Origin: Catajapyx aquilonaris
Lineage: Eukaryota
Length of the DNA stretch: 41,886 nucleotides
Assembly: GCA_000934665.2 (NCBI GenBank)
Contig: KZ538910.1
Coordinates: 1 to 41,886 of the forward strand
Direction: 5' to 3'
Shown: positions 39,571-41,886 of the stretch, one piece after another
Layout of the letters: the number at the start of each line of letters is the position of its first letter
Position numbering within the stretch: the first letter of the stretch is position 1
Made by a program: the position numbers and the translations under genes
Notes under the pieces: model-generated
Databases searched by the model: none
Told to the model about the DNA's origin: nothing
The model's input: the letters and a program-made list of their open reading frames with translations, nothing else

Positions 39571-40069
39571 ACCAACAACAATTACGACTGCCATACAGCT
39601 ATACAGCCATACAGTTATTACGAACGTTATTGTGGCTTTGCCCACCACGACGAATATGCCACGGGGGCGAATACGCCGGGAGCTAAAAGTCCGGGGGCGA
39701 AAGGTCCGAGACCCCAAAACTAGACATATTGTACTTGTATATTCAGCCATTTGTATACCACATAACATATAGCCTACACCTCACTCAATGAGTAAAATTC
39801 TCTCACTGTCAGTGCATGCGACAAGAATTGGCTTTAGTTACACCCACTCAGTGTCTTTGAAAGCACCCAGCCGGAAAGCCATCCACAGGGTGTTCCATGA
39901 TTAAACTGTTAGCCGCTCACTGGGCGGTGCGGTTAACAGCCAGCAAAACGCCCCCATATATAGCAACAGTCAAGGCAGTATATGCGCTGGCCAACAATGG
40001 GGGGACTGCCTGCGCAAACAGCAATTAAATCCCTCGGATGGCATCAAGAAGCCATCCTGGCCTGGCTCT

Positions 40070-40330
40070 AAGATCCTCCCCAGCTTCCCAAAGGACCATT
40101 GGTGGGCAGCAGGCGAGGATTGCAAATCATCCCAATTGTCTGCTGGAAGCGCGTAAAGAGCGCCAAACGTGCTATTTGCAGAAGAAGTTTTGGCAAACTT
40201 AAAGTGAAACGAGCGGCCCTTTTCCTCCTTCTCCTACCCCCGGTGGATACTTCAACCGAACACAACGACGTCCCTCAAACGACAATAAAAGGCCCCAGCG
40301 ACTGTTCAGCTGTAATGAAACCCTCTTAGG
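40070..40330 (-). mobile_element. Possible decayed Tx1-like ORF2 C-terminus
   Basis: LLLQIARLALF (~LLxxAKxAI); one motif only. Confidence 0.3.
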
Positions 40331-41817
40331 AACCACAAACTTTGCAGTTCTCTGTAACGAAATTTAAACGGAAAAATAACCCTTTATGGCCCTATGGGTG
40401 TGCAGATACCATCTGCTGCATTATTGGTCATTAAAGGCACTTATGTGGTGGCTCGCCTGTTGCTGTTTCACCTCGCCTTTGTTCCACTTCACAGGTTACA
40501 ACACTTCCAGAATGTGCTGGATATTACAAAAAAAATGGTCATTTCCCACCCCCCTACAAACCCATCCCATTCTTCGAATCATACAAATTGTGGAGAAGAT
40601 AACCAGTTTCTACACTATTAAATGGTTCGCATCCGGTGAGATTAATACTAACTGACATTTAAGTGTTTACACCCATCTTTTGAGTCCATTTTTCCCATTG
40701 TTTCGTCCAGGGGTGGGGCGGGGCTGCATCTTCTGATAACCCCAGTCAATTAATTCATTAGTCACCTACGCTTCATTTATGCACGTGGCTCAAAATTTTC
40801 AAACAACTGACAGCAGAATAATAATGCTAAAAGTGATAATGGAGATAACAAGCATGGCTGGCCATTCCATTGTAAACAACTTCGCTGCACAATGAGCCAT
40901 TAGGACATAGCATTCACTTCCAGTTGGGCCTACATGTAGCATTAAATGACATCAAAACTGGAATTAACTGCAGTCCAATAACATCCTGCTGCAAAACCAG
41001 GGAAGAAACGTTAACAACGCATGTCTACCAAAAATGTGAAAATCAGGACCAAACCAACTGTGTCCTACAGCCCACAATGTAATGTTCAGAATAATAAATG
41101 TGATAGCCACATACTCAAAATTGCAATTTTACCTACAATTAATAAAATAATGCCTGCAACTATGGTCATGATGAAGTACTAGCATCAAAACCAGTAAGTA
41201 ATACTAGTTCACTCAAATGTATACATATGCTAATGTAGATAGGGATATCACTTAAACATTAATTTTAACTATGTCTATCATCTAGTCATGCTTTGCCTCT
41301 CAACCCTTCAACTCTACACAGGGGTCGTTTATCGCCTCAGAAAAATATTATTCATGTAGTGAGCTACAAAGCTATGCAAAATGAGGCATGGACGATGGAC
41401 CTGATCATTACTGATTAGCTCAAGGCCACATGTGCCCCAGTAACTAACAAAAACCAGTGCACACAATTCACTGTAATATGAAAGCTCAAAAACCACTTCA
41501 ATGCAAAGCTTGAGCAGATTTTGCTCCATACAGATTATCATCCCACCACAACTTGCTTGCTTTCTGCTGGAAAGTACAGCAAATTACTACCTGGTGCATA
41601 TGACAGTTGAGCAAACAGGGTCTCGTAAAATACTCTACGGTATAACTAGTGGTGGAAGAGTTGCCTGTACTGCACCAGTCATTTAAACAATCATATTTCA
41701 AAATACTGTATATCTTGCCAAATATAATACTTCATCAGCATCAACAACAAAGCATGGTTGCTATCAGTTAAGTCATCTAATACATATTTCCATCTAATAC
41801 ATATTTCCAGACCTATA

Positions 41818-41843
41818 TCTGTCTGTCTGTCTCTCTGTCTGTC
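41818..41843 (+). repeat. (TCTG)n imperfect microsatellite
   Basis: tctgtctgtctgtctctctgtctgtc. Confidence 0.8.
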
Positions 41844-41886
41844 ACCTAAACAGATCGATACGGAGGCCTCCACATATGCCCCATGG

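Noticed and set aside
39878..40042. Short inverted matches here, and near 4482-4541 and 38636-38671
   Set aside because: Stems of 9-13 bp could arise by chance in 42 kb; no target-site duplications seen.
1..41886. CRISPR arrays, rRNA/tRNA genes, operons, intact transposase or RT ORFs
   Set aside because: None seen; the sequence is spliceosomal-intron-type eukaryotic DNA with no regularly spaced repeat-spacer array.

Overview
Animal (metazoan) genomic DNA, almost entirely intronic; the taxon cannot be fixed from the sequence. The one confidently recognisable gene is the 5' part of a BRIP1/FANCJ-type Fe-S DEAH helicase on the minus strand. It has coding exon A (29681-29776, Q-motif), exon B (28269-28380, Walker [10 protein letters not shown]) and a probable phase-compatible 69-nt exon C (12770-12838). 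No further exons were recognised, so the rest of the gene probably lies beyond the left edge; a non-coding 5' exon is implied but not located. The introns and upstream region contain about 20 heavily decayed fragments resembling L1/Tx1-clade retrotransposon ORF2, and every one I could recognise is on the minus strand, co-oriented with the helicase. There are also several fold-back (MITE-like) palindromes of different ages, a TTAA-bounded piggyBac-like unit with an internal minisatellite, microsatellites and long C/G homopolymers. Most entries in the ORF track are spurious or are pieces of these relics. All relic calls come from by-eye motif matching and their boundaries are approximate. I found no clear-cut novel gene system; the most unusual signal is the strand uniformity of the LINE relics.
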